DNA of 64,000 nt from a virus, in the IMG/VR virus record IMGVR_UViG_3300044712_001205, positions 4,534 through 68,533 of that record; one strand, written 5' to 3'. The first letter of the stretch is position 1, and every line of letters starts with the position of its first letter. Positions 8,902-17,461 of this stretch are shown piece after piece. A program made the translations under genes and the position numbers. The notes under the pieces are model-generated. The model saw only the letters and a program-made list of their open reading frames with translations. It searched no databases and was not told the origin of the DNA.

Positions 8902-9623
8902 TACTTGGTCTGTGCAGGAATAATGTAGTTATAAACAGCAAGTCCTGAATCAACAGTGATTTGCATAGCACCGTCGTCACTGATCTTCATAGTCTTGTCA
9001 CCGTTGCTAGACAGAATACTAGCAATTTGTACGGCAGGATAATTCCAACTGCGCTTCAGTGTACCGGTTACACCAGCCTGGAACACAAAGTTACCAGCGT
9101 GAGTGCTTGCTGCACCAAAGCTGAACTTCAAGTCGCCGTTTTCTACTTTAACTTGGAAGTTGGGTTCTTCGGCATTGGCACTCATTTGCCAACGCAGACG
9201 TTGAATGCTGGCAGCACTGGGTACCAGTTCAACGTGCCAGTTTGCACCGCGGAACTTGGGAGTGGGCACCTTGTTGGCAACAATGTTGGCAACCATGAAA
9301 CGATAAGTGTTGCGGAAGTCTCCGGCTTTGTTGGCAAACTCAATGCCATCCAAATCGCCAGTGTTGCTACGACTCACGCTGAGTGCAGCGTCTTGCTTGT
9401 ACTCATCAAGGTTCAAGATTGTTTTGAGTTTGGGCAAGTTGGGCATGCCAAACAAACCAATGAATTCAGGAACTGGATTCTTAAATGCACCGTCAATGAC
9501 CACGCTTTGGTCGTTGCCAACCCCAATGATCTTGGTTTCAGTGTCTGTGCCTTCGATTTTGAGCATGTCAATACAGCCAAGGTCAATGCTGTGTTGTACT
9601 AGGTCCAATAGGTAGTCTCTCAT
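8901..9623 (-). CDS. Putative sliding clamp (gp45-like)
   Basis: 240 aa, beta-rich two-domain pattern, C-terminal ITVDSGLAVYNYIIPA; next to the polymerase, clamp loader also in the window. Confidence 0.65.
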   Translation of the reverse strand: MRDYLLDLVQHSIDLGCIDMLKIEGTDTETKIIGVGNDQSVVIDGAFKNPVPEFIGLFGMPNLPKLKTILNLDEYKQDAALSVSRSNTGDLDGIEFANKAGDFRNTYRFMVANIVANKVPTPKFRGANWHVELVPSAASIQRLRWQMSANAEEPNFQVKVENGDLKFSFGAASTHAGNFVFQAGVTGTLKRSWNYPAVQIASILSSNGDKTMKISDDGAMQITVDSGLAVYNYIIPAQTK

Positions 9624-9641
9624 GTGTATCTCCTTTTGATG

Positions 9642-9670
9642 ATTATATGAGGTTTATTTAGATTTTTCAA
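9642..9670 (-). promoter_or_regulatory. Sigma70-type promoter with embedded CTAAATA
   Basis: Minus strand TTGAAA-17 nt (AATCTAAATAAACCTCA)-TATAAT, then AAGGAG and ATG of the clamp. Confidence 0.65.
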
Positions 9671-9681
9671 GTGTTTTGATA

Positions 9682-10623
9682 TTATTTCTCTACTATTTTG
9701 GCCAATGTCTGGCCTCCGCGTAGGCTGTAGATTTTGCCCGGCTTTTGGAATTCTAACCAGGCCACATCGCCGGTGCCTCGGTAGCGTTCGGTTAGATCAA
9801 ACCCTGCGGTTTCGGCAGCACGTATGACCATGTTGCCCGGTGTAAAGCACATGAAGTTCTTTTCGGCCAGTGCAACACCATGTGCAAAGTTACAGTCGTT
9901 GTAGGTCATAAACACTACACCACCATTGCGAACTTTGACAAACAGTTCTCGAAAATATTGTTCGATAACTTCCATGGGTTTGAAATTGAACCAGTTGTAT
10001 GCAAACACATAACCAAACTGGTTGTTGGGCAAGTCTTTCAATATGGCTTGATTGCCGTTGCGATCATCCACGGCATATTGGCGAAGTCTGCGTTGATACT
10101 GCGGATGAAATCCCGACACCGCAGGCTGCAACAATTCAAGATTGTTGTCCACAAGATACAGTGGATCCAGCGGTACCAAGTGTTCGATCCATTTTTCACG
10201 GCCAGGTCTAAAACACAACCCAGGTAGGCGCCAATCGGTATAGCGCAAGATTCTACCCAACAACAGTTCTTCAGCTTCCGAGTCAATGCTCAACTTTCGA
10301 TTCAAAATATAATCGTTGGTTTCGTAAATGCTTTCGTGATTGAACCACCTTGTGCTTTCCCTAAACATGTCGGGATACCGCTCTTCAATCAGCACATCCA
10401 AATGCAGTTTGATTTCTTTGACTGTGGATCCAAACTTGATAAAAGCAGCATCAATGCCCGCAGCATCTTGTCCAATTTCTCTGCTGAACTGTTTGAACTG
10501 TAGGCCGTGATTCACAATCTGATGCATCACTGCATTGATCTGCTGTCGTGACTGATGGTGAATATCCTCTAGCGAATATTCCTCCAGCAAGTTTCTGTAA
10601 TCAACCAAGTCGCTGAGTTTCAT
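9682..10623 (-). CDS. Protein with a C-terminal SAM-methyltransferase-like domain
   Basis: LPNNQFGYVFAYNWFNF...VRNGGVVFMTY resembles class I MTase motifs. Confidence 0.55.
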   Translation of the reverse strand: MKLSDLVDYRNLLEEYSLEDIHHQSRQQINAVMHQIVNHGLQFKQFSREIGQDAAGIDAAFIKFGSTVKEIKLHLDVLIEERYPDMFRESTRWFNHESIYETNDYILNRKLSIDSEAEELLLGRILRYTDWRLPGLCFRPGREKWIEHLVPLDPLYLVDNNLELLQPAVSGFHPQYQRRLRQYAVDDRNGNQAILKDLPNNQFGYVFAYNWFNFKPMEVIEQYFRELFVKVRNGGVVFMTYNDCNFAHGVALAEKNFMCFTPGNMVIRAAETAGFDLTERYRGTGDVAWLEFQKPGKIYSLRGGQTLAKIVEK

Positions 10624-13280
10624 GAGAAGCTGAACAGTGAAGTGAATGTGTTTTCAGTGTTGGTAGCAGCACCTAGATCCCAGTCCAATACGCCCAATAG
10701 GTTGTCAATCTTACCGTCTACAACAGTGGCTTCCATTTCGCCGTCATCAAACGGCAGCTCTGTAAACCAAGTGGGCAGTCGCTGTTCATCTGTGGGATAA
10801 CCAATAGACGTCCAGCCCAAGGGATTAGATTTGAGCTTGCACACAATGGTCTTCATGCCGTCCACAATGGCCATCGAGTAGTTGTCCGAGTTCATCTTGC
10901 GCATGCTGTTCCAATTCAATGCAGCACGAACGTGTCCGGGCATGTTGGCTTTGCCTTGTTCGGCTTCCTTTTTCCCGTACATGGTCAAGTTGTTCACACG
11001 CTTGGGCGAACCTTTTTCCCATGCTGGACGCTCTTTGAACGCAATCTTGAACTCGCGAATCTTTTCCACAATTTCATCGCGACCAGATCCTGTTAGCACA
11101 TCTTTCAGGATATCGCTTAGGAAGTCTTGAATGACCTTGGGTGTGTCCGAACGTTTGAGATCCAAACCCATGGCCTTGACCTTGCCAGGCTTGCCGTCTA
11201 CATCCACACGCTTGCCTTCTTTGTCAATGATCATCACAGCATAACGCTTCTTGGTAATGAACAGGCCTTTTGATGCCACAACTTCTCGACCGCCCCGGAT
11301 AACTGCGCCCATGTCTCTGGGACAATGAAACGCTTGCTCCATAAAGCCCGGAAAGCTTTCGTTGACTTGTTCAGCAATTGAGTCATACAGCTGGATACAA
11401 ATTTCTTTGGACCACTGCATGCGACCTTGTTCTACTTCCTTTTGCAGCACAGGCCACGCAGAGAAGTAACACGAGTCTGTGTCACCGTAGATGATAGTTT
11501 CGCCTATGTGATCATACACACCAGTTATGCACTCATTGACATAGGCATCCATGTGCTTGGCAATGCTTCGTCCTGTGAGGGTAGTGGATTGGCCAATTCG
11601 CTTATCAAAAAACCTACAGCCAGGATTAAGAATAGCGCCATACAAGCTGTTAAGGTTAATCTTTTTAACCAGCTGGCGTTTGTCCCAGTATTCTTCATCT
11701 TCTTTGATTTCGCACTCTTTGAGTTTGGCCTGCATCTGTTTGCGTTCTGCATACCAGCGTTTGAGCAAGCCCGGAATCACTGCTTCACGTTCAAATGTAA
11801 AGATAGTACCATTGGCACTCAGTGTCCAAGGCTGATTTGAATCAAAGATCATTGACCAAATTTCAGCACCAGACATCACAGTTTCTTCACCATTGGCCCA
11901 ATCCACAGTGATTTGCATGCCACGTTGCTGTTCCATCACAGCAGTGTATTCCAGTGTGGCAAACAATCCTTCCCAGGCAGCAGCAAAGCTCTGTCCCGAA
12001 GCCATGCGCTCACGAATCAGTCGATCTGTGGCTGTGGGTCGCAGTTGTCCCACAATGGTCTCGGGTCCCATGTTCAGCGCACGAATGGTACTGGGATATA
12101 GACTGTTGATGTCAATGCTTCCGATGTATTCGTGCATGCCTTTCTTGGGATAAGCAACATACGCACCTGCTGCCTGGGTGTCCTCGCTGTCTACCCGTTC
12201 TTTGCGATTGGGCACAACCATGCCACGCTCGTGGGCTTCGTTGATAATGGCCTGCTCAGTCACTGCCACAGCACCCATGGTGGTTTGCAGCAACACAGTG
12301 TTTTCGTGTGCCAGTGTGTTGGCTAGATCCAGGAACTTGAGCTTTTTGTCCAACTTGGCCAGCAGTGCAGTATCCTGCCTGTTGTATTCAATGAACTTCT
12401 TAAAGTGTTGGTTGTACAGTTGATCCAGTGTGCCTTCGAACTGTGTTTTGCGCTCGTCCAGCTCGTATTCGCCAATGGCATCCAAGCTGTAGCTGTGACG
12501 TTCTTCATATGTGTACTTGCGATACAGTTGCATATAGTCCATATGCACACGACCAATCAAGTCATATGTTTCTTGTTCAGCACCAAAACGCTCAAACATG
12601 CGCTTCTTGGGCAGTTGTCCCCACAGACAAAACTTGCGAGTATCGTCTTTTGACAGCACTCTGGTACAGCGGTTCACGGTGTAGGGAATGTCATAGCCCT
12701 CACTGTTCCAGCCCGACAGTACGTCTGCATCGTCAATGAGATCAAGAAATGTTTTGATCATTTCTTCTTCGCGCTCGAACAGTATGGTATTGTCAAACTC
12801 CGACACCAGTTCTTGTGCAGTGTCCCAACTGAGATGTTTGGGTGGCACAGCCAGCGTGACCAACTGATCCAGCCAATCCAAGTACACCGAGATAGCAGTG
12901 ATTGGGTTGAATGGATCATGCACAGGCGAGAAGCCACGTTCAGAATCAAACGCTACTTCAATGTCGAAAAATGCTGTGTGCAGTTTTGGAGCATCTTGCC
13001 CTTTGTAGTTTTCTTCAAAGCAACGAAATACTGGATTGATATCCGACTCGTAGATCTGTCGGCCACTTTGAATCCTAAGTTCTTTGCGGAACTCTTTGTT
13101 GTTGCGGCTGCTGAATCTACTGACCGGATTGCCATATATGCTGCGAAACTTACCACGAGGATCGTCGTAGTAAAAAACATACTGGGCAGGGTACTCTTGG
13201 TATCGTCGTTCGCCATCACGGCGTTCGACAACATGAATGCGATCGTGTTCACGATCAAATAGTGCGTCTACGTAACTCAA
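10620..13280 (-). CDS. Family B DNA polymerase with 3'-5' exonuclease
   Basis: FFDIEV, GWNSEGYD, SIDINSLYPS, KINLNSLYG, YGDTDS, KKRYA; TTG start. Confidence 0.97.
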   Translation of the reverse strand: MSYVDALFDREHDRIHVVERRDGERRYQEYPAQYVFYYDDPRGKFRSIYGNPVSRFSSRNNKEFRKELRIQSGRQIYESDINPVFRCFEENYKGQDAPKLHTAFFDIEVAFDSERGFSPVHDPFNPITAISVYLDWLDQLVTLAVPPKHLSWDTAQELVSEFDNTILFEREEEMIKTFLDLIDDADVLSGWNSEGYDIPYTVNRCTRVLSKDDTRKFCLWGQLPKKRMFERFGAEQETYDLIGRVHMDYMQLYRKYTYEERHSYSLDAIGEYELDERKTQFEGTLDQLYNQHFKKFIEYNRQDTALLAKLDKKLKFLDLANTLAHENTVLLQTTMGAVAVTEQAIINEAHERGMVVPNRKERVDSEDTQAAGAYVAYPKKGMHEYIGSIDINSLYPSTIRALNMGPETIVGQLRPTATDRLIRERMASGQSFAAAWEGLFATLEYTAVMEQQRGMQITVDWANGEETVMSGAEIWSMIFDSNQPWTLSANGTIFTFEREAVIPGLLKRWYAERKQMQAKLKECEIKEDEEYWDKRQLVKKINLNSLYGAILNPGCRFFDKRIGQSTTLTGRSIAKHMDAYVNECITGVYDHIGETIIYGDTDSCYFSAWPVLQKEVEQGRMQWSKEICIQLYDSIAEQVNESFPGFMEQAFHCPRDMGAVIRGGREVVASKGLFITKKRYAVMIIDKEGKRVDVDGKPGKVKAMGLDLKRSDTPKVIQDFLSDILKDVLTGSGRDEIVEKIREFKIAFKERPAWEKGSPKRVNNLTMYGKKEAEQGKANMPGHVRAALNWNSMRKMNSDNYSMAIVDGMKTIVCKLKSNPLGWTSIGYPTDEQRLPTWFTELPFDDGEMEATVVDGKIDNLLGVLDWDLGAATNTENTFTSLFSFS

Positions 13281-13355
13281 TTTTTCTCCACTTGTGGCTG
13301 GACAGCCGTTCTACATGCTCGTAACGTGAGCGACTCGGTACTGACGCAGTACTTA
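13281..13355 (-). promoter_or_regulatory. Structured 5' leader of the DNA polymerase gene
   Basis: Inverted repeats GTACTG/CAGTAC (13338-13352), GCTC/GAGC (13317-13331), GGCTG/CAGCC (13296-13307); CCAC/GTGG overlaps the GGAG RBS. Confidence 0.5.
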
Positions 13356-13613
13356 TAGAGTTTTGCCAACGGTTTCAAGAATTGTTTCAAGGATTTCGTG
13401 GTCTTGCTTTTCTTTGCCAAATTCGGCTTTGTGTGCTAGCTTGATAGCTTTCTTGAGAATAGCAGGTTTGATTTCCAGTTCTTCAGCCACGGCTTTGATA
13501 GTGTCATTGAGGCCACCTTGCAGTGTTTCAATTTCGTGCATCACTGCCATGCCTTCGTTGATGATTTGGTTCAACTTGATTTTTTGTTCGCCGTTGAAAG
13601 ATTTGTCGCTCAT
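13353..13613 (-). CDS. DsbA/GapR-like small dsDNA-binding protein
   Basis: 86 aa helical protein, ..LNDTIKAVAEELEIKPAILKKAIKLAHK pattern. Confidence 0.6.
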   Translation of the reverse strand: MSDKSFNGEQKIKLNQIINEGMAVMHEIETLQGGLNDTIKAVAEELEIKPAILKKAIKLAHKAEFGKEKQDHEILETILETVGKTL

Positions 13614-13618
13614 AGAGA

Positions 13619-13662
13619 ATCTCCTAAAATGCTAGTATACACAGCACTTTAGGAGATGTCAA
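13619..13662 (-). promoter_or_regulatory. Near-consensus sigma70 promoter inside a 15-bp inverted repeat that covers the RBS
   Basis: TTGACA-17-TATACT; ATCTCCTAAAATGCT (13619-13633) / AGCACTTTAGGAGAT (13643-13657). Confidence 0.75.
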
Positions 13663-13669
13663 AGATTAT

Positions 13670-13759
13670 TTGCTCACTTTCGAGATCAGGTAGCGAATCC
13701 GAACTCTGAGGCAGCAGCCGCCCACACACCGTAAACGGTAACGGTCCTAAGGTGTGTTC
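13670..13759 (-). ncRNA. Candidate ncRNA made of segments complementary to conserved 23S/16S rRNA
   Basis: Plus strand carries AGGTAGCGAA, GAGGCAGCAGCCGC, GTAAACGG and TAACGGTCCTAAGGT; stem ACACACC/GGTGTGT. Confidence 0.55.
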
Positions 13760-14725
13760 TTACTTGGTGCGGCCTTCTGCCACACCCTGATCTCTTACTG
13801 GACGCACACTGAGCCCACGACCGCTTTTGCCAATGGCTTCTAACCAATCATCGGCTTTGACAAAAGCATCCATTATGTCGTTGGCTTCGAAAGGATGATA
13901 CACTCGTTTCATTGTGCGGAGATCGTAGATTTCAAATTCTCCGGGTTCTTGGCCCGAACCTTCCGCTACACCTTGCTTTTGCTGTTGTAACTCTTTTAAT
14001 CTGGCTTGTAGTTCTTTGATTTTCTTATCATGTGTACCAGCAGTATTCCAATCTTTTAATTGTAGAATTCTGTCTTTGATGCGCTTGATTTGCGAATCTA
14101 CATTTACGCCTTCCGCCACACCTTGATCAAATTCTTGCAAGGCCATATCAAGGAAGTCACTCAACGCCTCCGAGTCCATAGTCTTGGAAAAGACACTCAT
14201 TTTATTACCACTAAGACCACATTCAACATGTTGGCCTTCAGATTGTGCAAGTTTCTTCAATGCTGACATTACTGAACGATATTCTTCTTTTCCGCTAACT
14301 TCAGTGTCTACACGACCTTTATATCCACGTGGCACAAAAGTCTTTGTGCGTTCAAATTCTGCATTGGCATTTGCGGCACTTAGGGCAGGAGCAATGAATG
14401 CTTCCGCCACACCTTGCTCCATGGTGTCTCTGCGACCTGCTGCCCATGTAGAGTAGTCATCACTGTATTCAGTGCTGGGGTCGCGCAGCCGAGGTGCTGG
14501 CTGTGACTTGACAGCAGGATACATGTCAGGATTGGCTGCACGATGGCGCTTGGTATATCCTGCAATGCCTTTATCACGTTTTAGTTCTGTACGGCGAGCA
14601 GCAGCTTTTTCTTCTGGACTCTTGCCAAAAGTTCTTTGTGTAGCTTGTGCTTGACTGCGACTACGCTCTGCTGCACGTAGGTAATCAGGGTTGGCACTGA
14701 CTTCAAATAATTCATTCAACAGCAT
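13760..14725 (-). CDS. Modular putative head-internal protein with four QGVAE linkers
   Basis: N-terminus MLLNELFE; QGVAEA once and QGVAEG three times. Confidence 0.75.
   Translation of the reverse strand: MLLNELFEVSANPDYLRAAERSRSQAQATQRTFGKSPEEKAAARRTELKRDKGIAGYTKRHRAANPDMYPAVKSQPAPRLRDPSTEYSDDYSTWAAGRRDTMEQGVAEAFIAPALSAANANAEFERTKTFVPRGYKGRVDTEVSGKEEYRSVMSALKKLAQSEGQHVECGLSGNKMSVFSKTMDSEALSDFLDMALQEFDQGVAEGVNVDSQIKRIKDRILQLKDWNTAGTHDKKIKELQARLKELQQQKQGVAEGSGQEPGEFEIYDLRTMKRVYHPFEANDIMDAFVKADDWLEAIGKSGRGLSVRPVRDQGVAEGRTK
13773..14416 (-). repeat. Four copies of a 17-bp in-frame repeat, consensus CAAGGTGTGGCGGAAGG
   Basis: Copies at 13773, 13959, 14109 and 14400; spacings 186, 150 and 291 nt, all multiples of 3. 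Confidence 0.85.
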
Positions 14726-14726
14726 T

Positions 14727-15470
14727 TCAGCGTTCCTCTATGTAATCTTGACCGCGGTCTTGACGTTCCCAACGATTCTTAAACAGGTCCATGGCCATTC
14801 GGGCATGATCTGCTTTGGGGAAACGACTGGGCATGGTGCGACCTTGACGGCGTACTTCAAATCCACGACCTTCATCGCCCCAGCATTCTAAACATGAACC
14901 GTCACTCATTTCCACAGTGAACACCGGACCTGCTGACTCAGGCAACACAGGATCTTGCACAGGAGCAGGCGGCGGCGTGACCATGGTGTCTTGTTCTGTG
15001 GGATCTTCTGTGACTTCTTCGGCTTCAGCCTGACCTTTTTGCACAGCACTCACAGCTTTGTCAACAAGGTCACGATCAATCTTGACTTTCTTTTCTAGTC
15101 GATCTAGATCAGGTGTACCTTTTTCACGCTGACCATCGTCGGCCATTTTCTTTTCTAATTTGTCTAAGTAGCTGTTGAGATCAGCTTTGACCTTGCCCAG
15201 CATGTCTTCTTCAACGCTGACCATGGCTTCTTCTAAGGCAGATTTTTTGTGTTCCACACTTTCGTCAGCACCCACAGCATAGCCCTTCATGGGATGTTGT
15301 GGGTCTGTTTTGGCACCCAGTGCTGTGATCTTTTTGGGCTTGAACAGTGCAGGCAACTGTGGCACTGATTTTTGCTGTGGGTTCAAACCACCCTTGACTG
15401 AAGTAGGAGTGGTCTTGCCTTCTTCAATGGCGGTGATACGCTGTAGTATATCACGAATGTCTGCGGTCAT
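14727..15470 (-). CDS. Hypothetical, probably head-associated protein
   Basis: MTADIRDILQRITAIEE leader; acidic x-x-E sites. Confidence 0.7.
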   Translation of the reverse strand: MTADIRDILQRITAIEEGKTTPTSVKGGLNPQQKSVPQLPALFKPKKITALGAKTDPQHPMKGYAVGADESVEHKKSALEEAMVSVEEDMLGKVKADLNSYLDKLEKKMADDGQREKGTPDLDRLEKKVKIDRDLVDKAVSAVQKGQAEAEEVTEDPTEQDTMVTPPPAPVQDPVLPESAGPVFTVEMSDGSCLECWGDEGRGFEVRRQGRTMPSRFPKADHARMAMDLFKNRWERQDRGQDYIEER

Positions 15471-15910
15471 GCTCTAGAGTCTTTCAAGAAACTTCTCAAC
15501 ATCCAACGGTGCTTGCCCATGGCATCAATGCGACCTGCAAGGAAATCACAAATGCCTTGTTGGTCTTCGGCTTCGGCTGCATCAAAAGTTTGGTTCAGCA
15601 GTGCAATCACTTGTTCTGCATCAGCAAACAGTTCTTCGATCATGAGTCGAGCACGTGGGATTTTGGTCTGTCCTGTGATAAGGCTGAGTTCGGCAAAACG
15701 CTCAAAACTGCCAGGTGTGTAGTCGTCTAGTATTCTAATAAATTCTGCGGTTTGGTCTATGCTGTTTTCATAGACTTCTTCATAGATATTGCCAAAAAAT
15801 TCGTGTAGTTGGGCAAAGTCTGGGCCTTCTACGTTCCAATGAAAAAGCTGTGCCTTGATCACAAAGGCATATTGTGTGGCCAACAGTGTTTTTAAATCAT
15901 CAACTAGCAC
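15467..15910 (-). CDS. dps: Dps ferritin-like DNA protection protein
   Basis: HWNVEGPDFAQLHEFF, D..AE.IR, KHRWML; GTG start. Confidence 0.92.
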   Translation of the reverse strand: MLVDDLKTLLATQYAFVIKAQLFHWNVEGPDFAQLHEFFGNIYEEVYENSIDQTAEFIRILDDYTPGSFERFAELSLITGQTKIPRARLMIEELFADAEQVIALLNQTFDAAEAEDQQGICDFLAGRIDAMGKHRWMLRSFLKDSRA

Positions 15911-16088
15911 GTTTTTTCCTCTTGTATTTGGCCGGCGTATTAGGTGTCGGCTCAGATGTATATTTACCTGTTAGCAAACCAGAGCCTGTTCTTGACAACA
16001 TGCCTAGATTACCAATGGCAGGAGCCACACTGCCTGCTGCTGTGGCACCCACACTGGCTGTTTCCATAATTTCACGTATTTTCATCAA
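15900..16088 (-). CDS. Small basic protein with MKIREIMET leader
   Basis: 62 aa, Gly/Ala core, KRKKR tail. Confidence 0.6.
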   Translation of the reverse strand: MMKIREIMETASVGATAAGSVAPAIGNLGMLSRTGSGLLTGKYTSEPTPNTPAKYKRKKRAS

Positions 16089-16368
16089 TGATCTCCAGTA
16101 TATCGTGTTTGTGCAACACAGCTGATCCTACTTCTATTCTGGGGTTCTTCAACCGCAGTTCTGCATGTTCAGGATCCAACAACTCGTATCTAATTTTGTA
16201 CTTACCAGGTGGTGCTTGTATCTGAAATGCTTCTTCGAGATACACGCCTTGCCAATCCCAAGTACGTTCAGCAAACAGTTCATCTTCAACGTAACAACGA
16301 TATCGCGGCGGAGTCCCATCCCAGCGACAATGCACATCAAACACAACTTTGACAAACTGATTGTTCAT
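16072..16368 (-). CDS. Hypothetical protein
   Basis: Start MNNQF at 16368, 5 nt after TAAATA. Confidence 0.65.
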   Translation of the reverse strand: MNNQFVKVVFDVHCRWDGTPPRYRCYVEDELFAERTWDWQGVYLEEAFQIQAPPGKYKIRYELLDPEHAELRLKNPRIEVGSAVLHKHDILEIIDENT

Positions 16369-16373
16369 AAGAA

Positions 16374-16401
16374 TATTTATCAAAAACTACAGCTATAAAT
16401 A
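16374..16401. promoter_or_regulatory. Back-to-back T4-late-like promoters (ATAAATA minus, TATAAATA plus)
   Basis: Divergent genes start 5 and 6 nt downstream, with no SD. Confidence 0.6.
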
Positions 16402-16407
16402 TTTGCC

Positions 16408-17460
16408 ATGTTAAAACTCACTGACATACGCAGAGTTCACGTTGAATTAACCACACGATGCAATGCACGTTGCCCCATGTGCATGCGCAACTATCGTGGC
16501 ATGGATTTCAATTCAGGATACCCTGTTACTGAACTAAGCCTTGAACAGTTTCAATCTATTTTCTCTCCTGTGATACTGGCCAGCATCATGCAGCCTGATC
16601 CTCCTGTAAACGGGCGTGTGCCTGTAAATCACGGATTTACACACGGATTCTCCTTCAACGGCAACCTTGGAGATTTTGGCTCAGCACGCGACGGTGCAGA
16701 AATAGTCAAGTATCTGGTGGACCATGGCGTGCCTGTGATGATCAACACCAACGGCAGTGTGCGTAGTGCTGAATGGTGGGCAAGACTGGCACTGCCTGGT
16801 GTTGAAATTGGCTGGGCCATAGACGGGCTAGCCGATACTCATGCACTGTATCGCCAGGACACAGACTGGCACAGAATCATTGATCATGCCAAGGCATTTA
16901 TTGCTGCTGGCGGCCGTGCTGTATGGCGCTTTGTACCGTTTGAACACAACCGCCATCAAGAACAGGCTTGCCGAGATTTAGCGCAAGAACTGGGTTTTGC
17001 TAAGTTTGAAAACATCTATGACGGCAGAGACAATGGACCTGCGTTCTCACGCATTGGAGAGTTCAGTCATCAGATTGGCAACGACCCTGGGTTTGACGGT
17101 ACTCCTAGGGATATCAAACCGTTGTTGGAAAATCACATCACCTGGTACAACAGCAAAACTGTACGAGAACCACGTGACACACCTGAACTCAACATACAAT
17201 GCATTCACAAACGCAACAGAGAAATCTATGTTGCAGCTGATGGTACTGTGTATCCCTGCTGCTTTTTGGGATTCTATCCCGCCACAATGAATCATCCTGG
17301 CAACCAAGAACTAGCGCCGCTGATACACGAAAACAATGCTCTTGAATATCCTTTGGAGCATTGCTTGGAGTGGTTTGATCGTGTAGAGCAGACTTGGCAA
17401 TTAAATAGTATTGCAGAGGGTAGAACATACCAATGCGTTAAAACTTGTAACAGAATTTAA
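16408..17460 (+). CDS. Radical SAM protein with SPASM/twitch domain
   Basis: CNARCPMC; C-terminal C...DGTVYPCC...CVKTC. Confidence 0.9.
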   Translation: MLKLTDIRRVHVELTTRCNARCPMCMRNYRGMDFNSGYPVTELSLEQFQSIFSPVILASIMQPDPPVNGRVPVNHGFTHGFSFNGNLGDFGSARDGAEIVKYLVDHGVPVMINTNGSVRSAEWWARLALPGVEIGWAIDGLADTHALYRQDTDWHRIIDHAKAFIAAGGRAVWRFVPFEHNRHQEQACRDLAQELGFAKFENIYDGRDNGPAFSRIGEFSHQIGNDPGFDGTPRDIKPLLENHITWYNSKTVREPRDTPELNIQCIHKRNREIYVAADGTVYPCCFLGFYPATMNHPGNQELAPLIHENNALEYPLEHCLEWFDRVEQTWQLNSIAEGRTYQCVKTCNRI

Positions 17461-17461
17461 T

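Noticed and set aside
8961-13262. Multiple plus-strand ORFs over the clamp and polymerase
   Set aside because: Fully overlap well-supported minus-strand genes; shadow ORFs. The same applies to those over clpA and the polyvalent gene.
10620-13280. Intein or intron in the DNA polymerase
   Set aside because: 886 aa with all motifs in order; the segment after DINSLYPS has no intein C/S start or HN end.
13688-13753. An rRNA gene fragment or intact I-CeuI site from contamination or chimeric assembly
   Set aside because: Matches are 8-15 nt, permuted and mix 16S with 23S. There is no continuous rRNA homology and the flanks are ordinary phage genes.
13773-14416. CRISPR array interpretation of the 17-bp repeats
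   Set aside because: Repeats are too short, spacers are 130-270 nt and uneven, all lie in frame in a gene, and no cas genes are seen.
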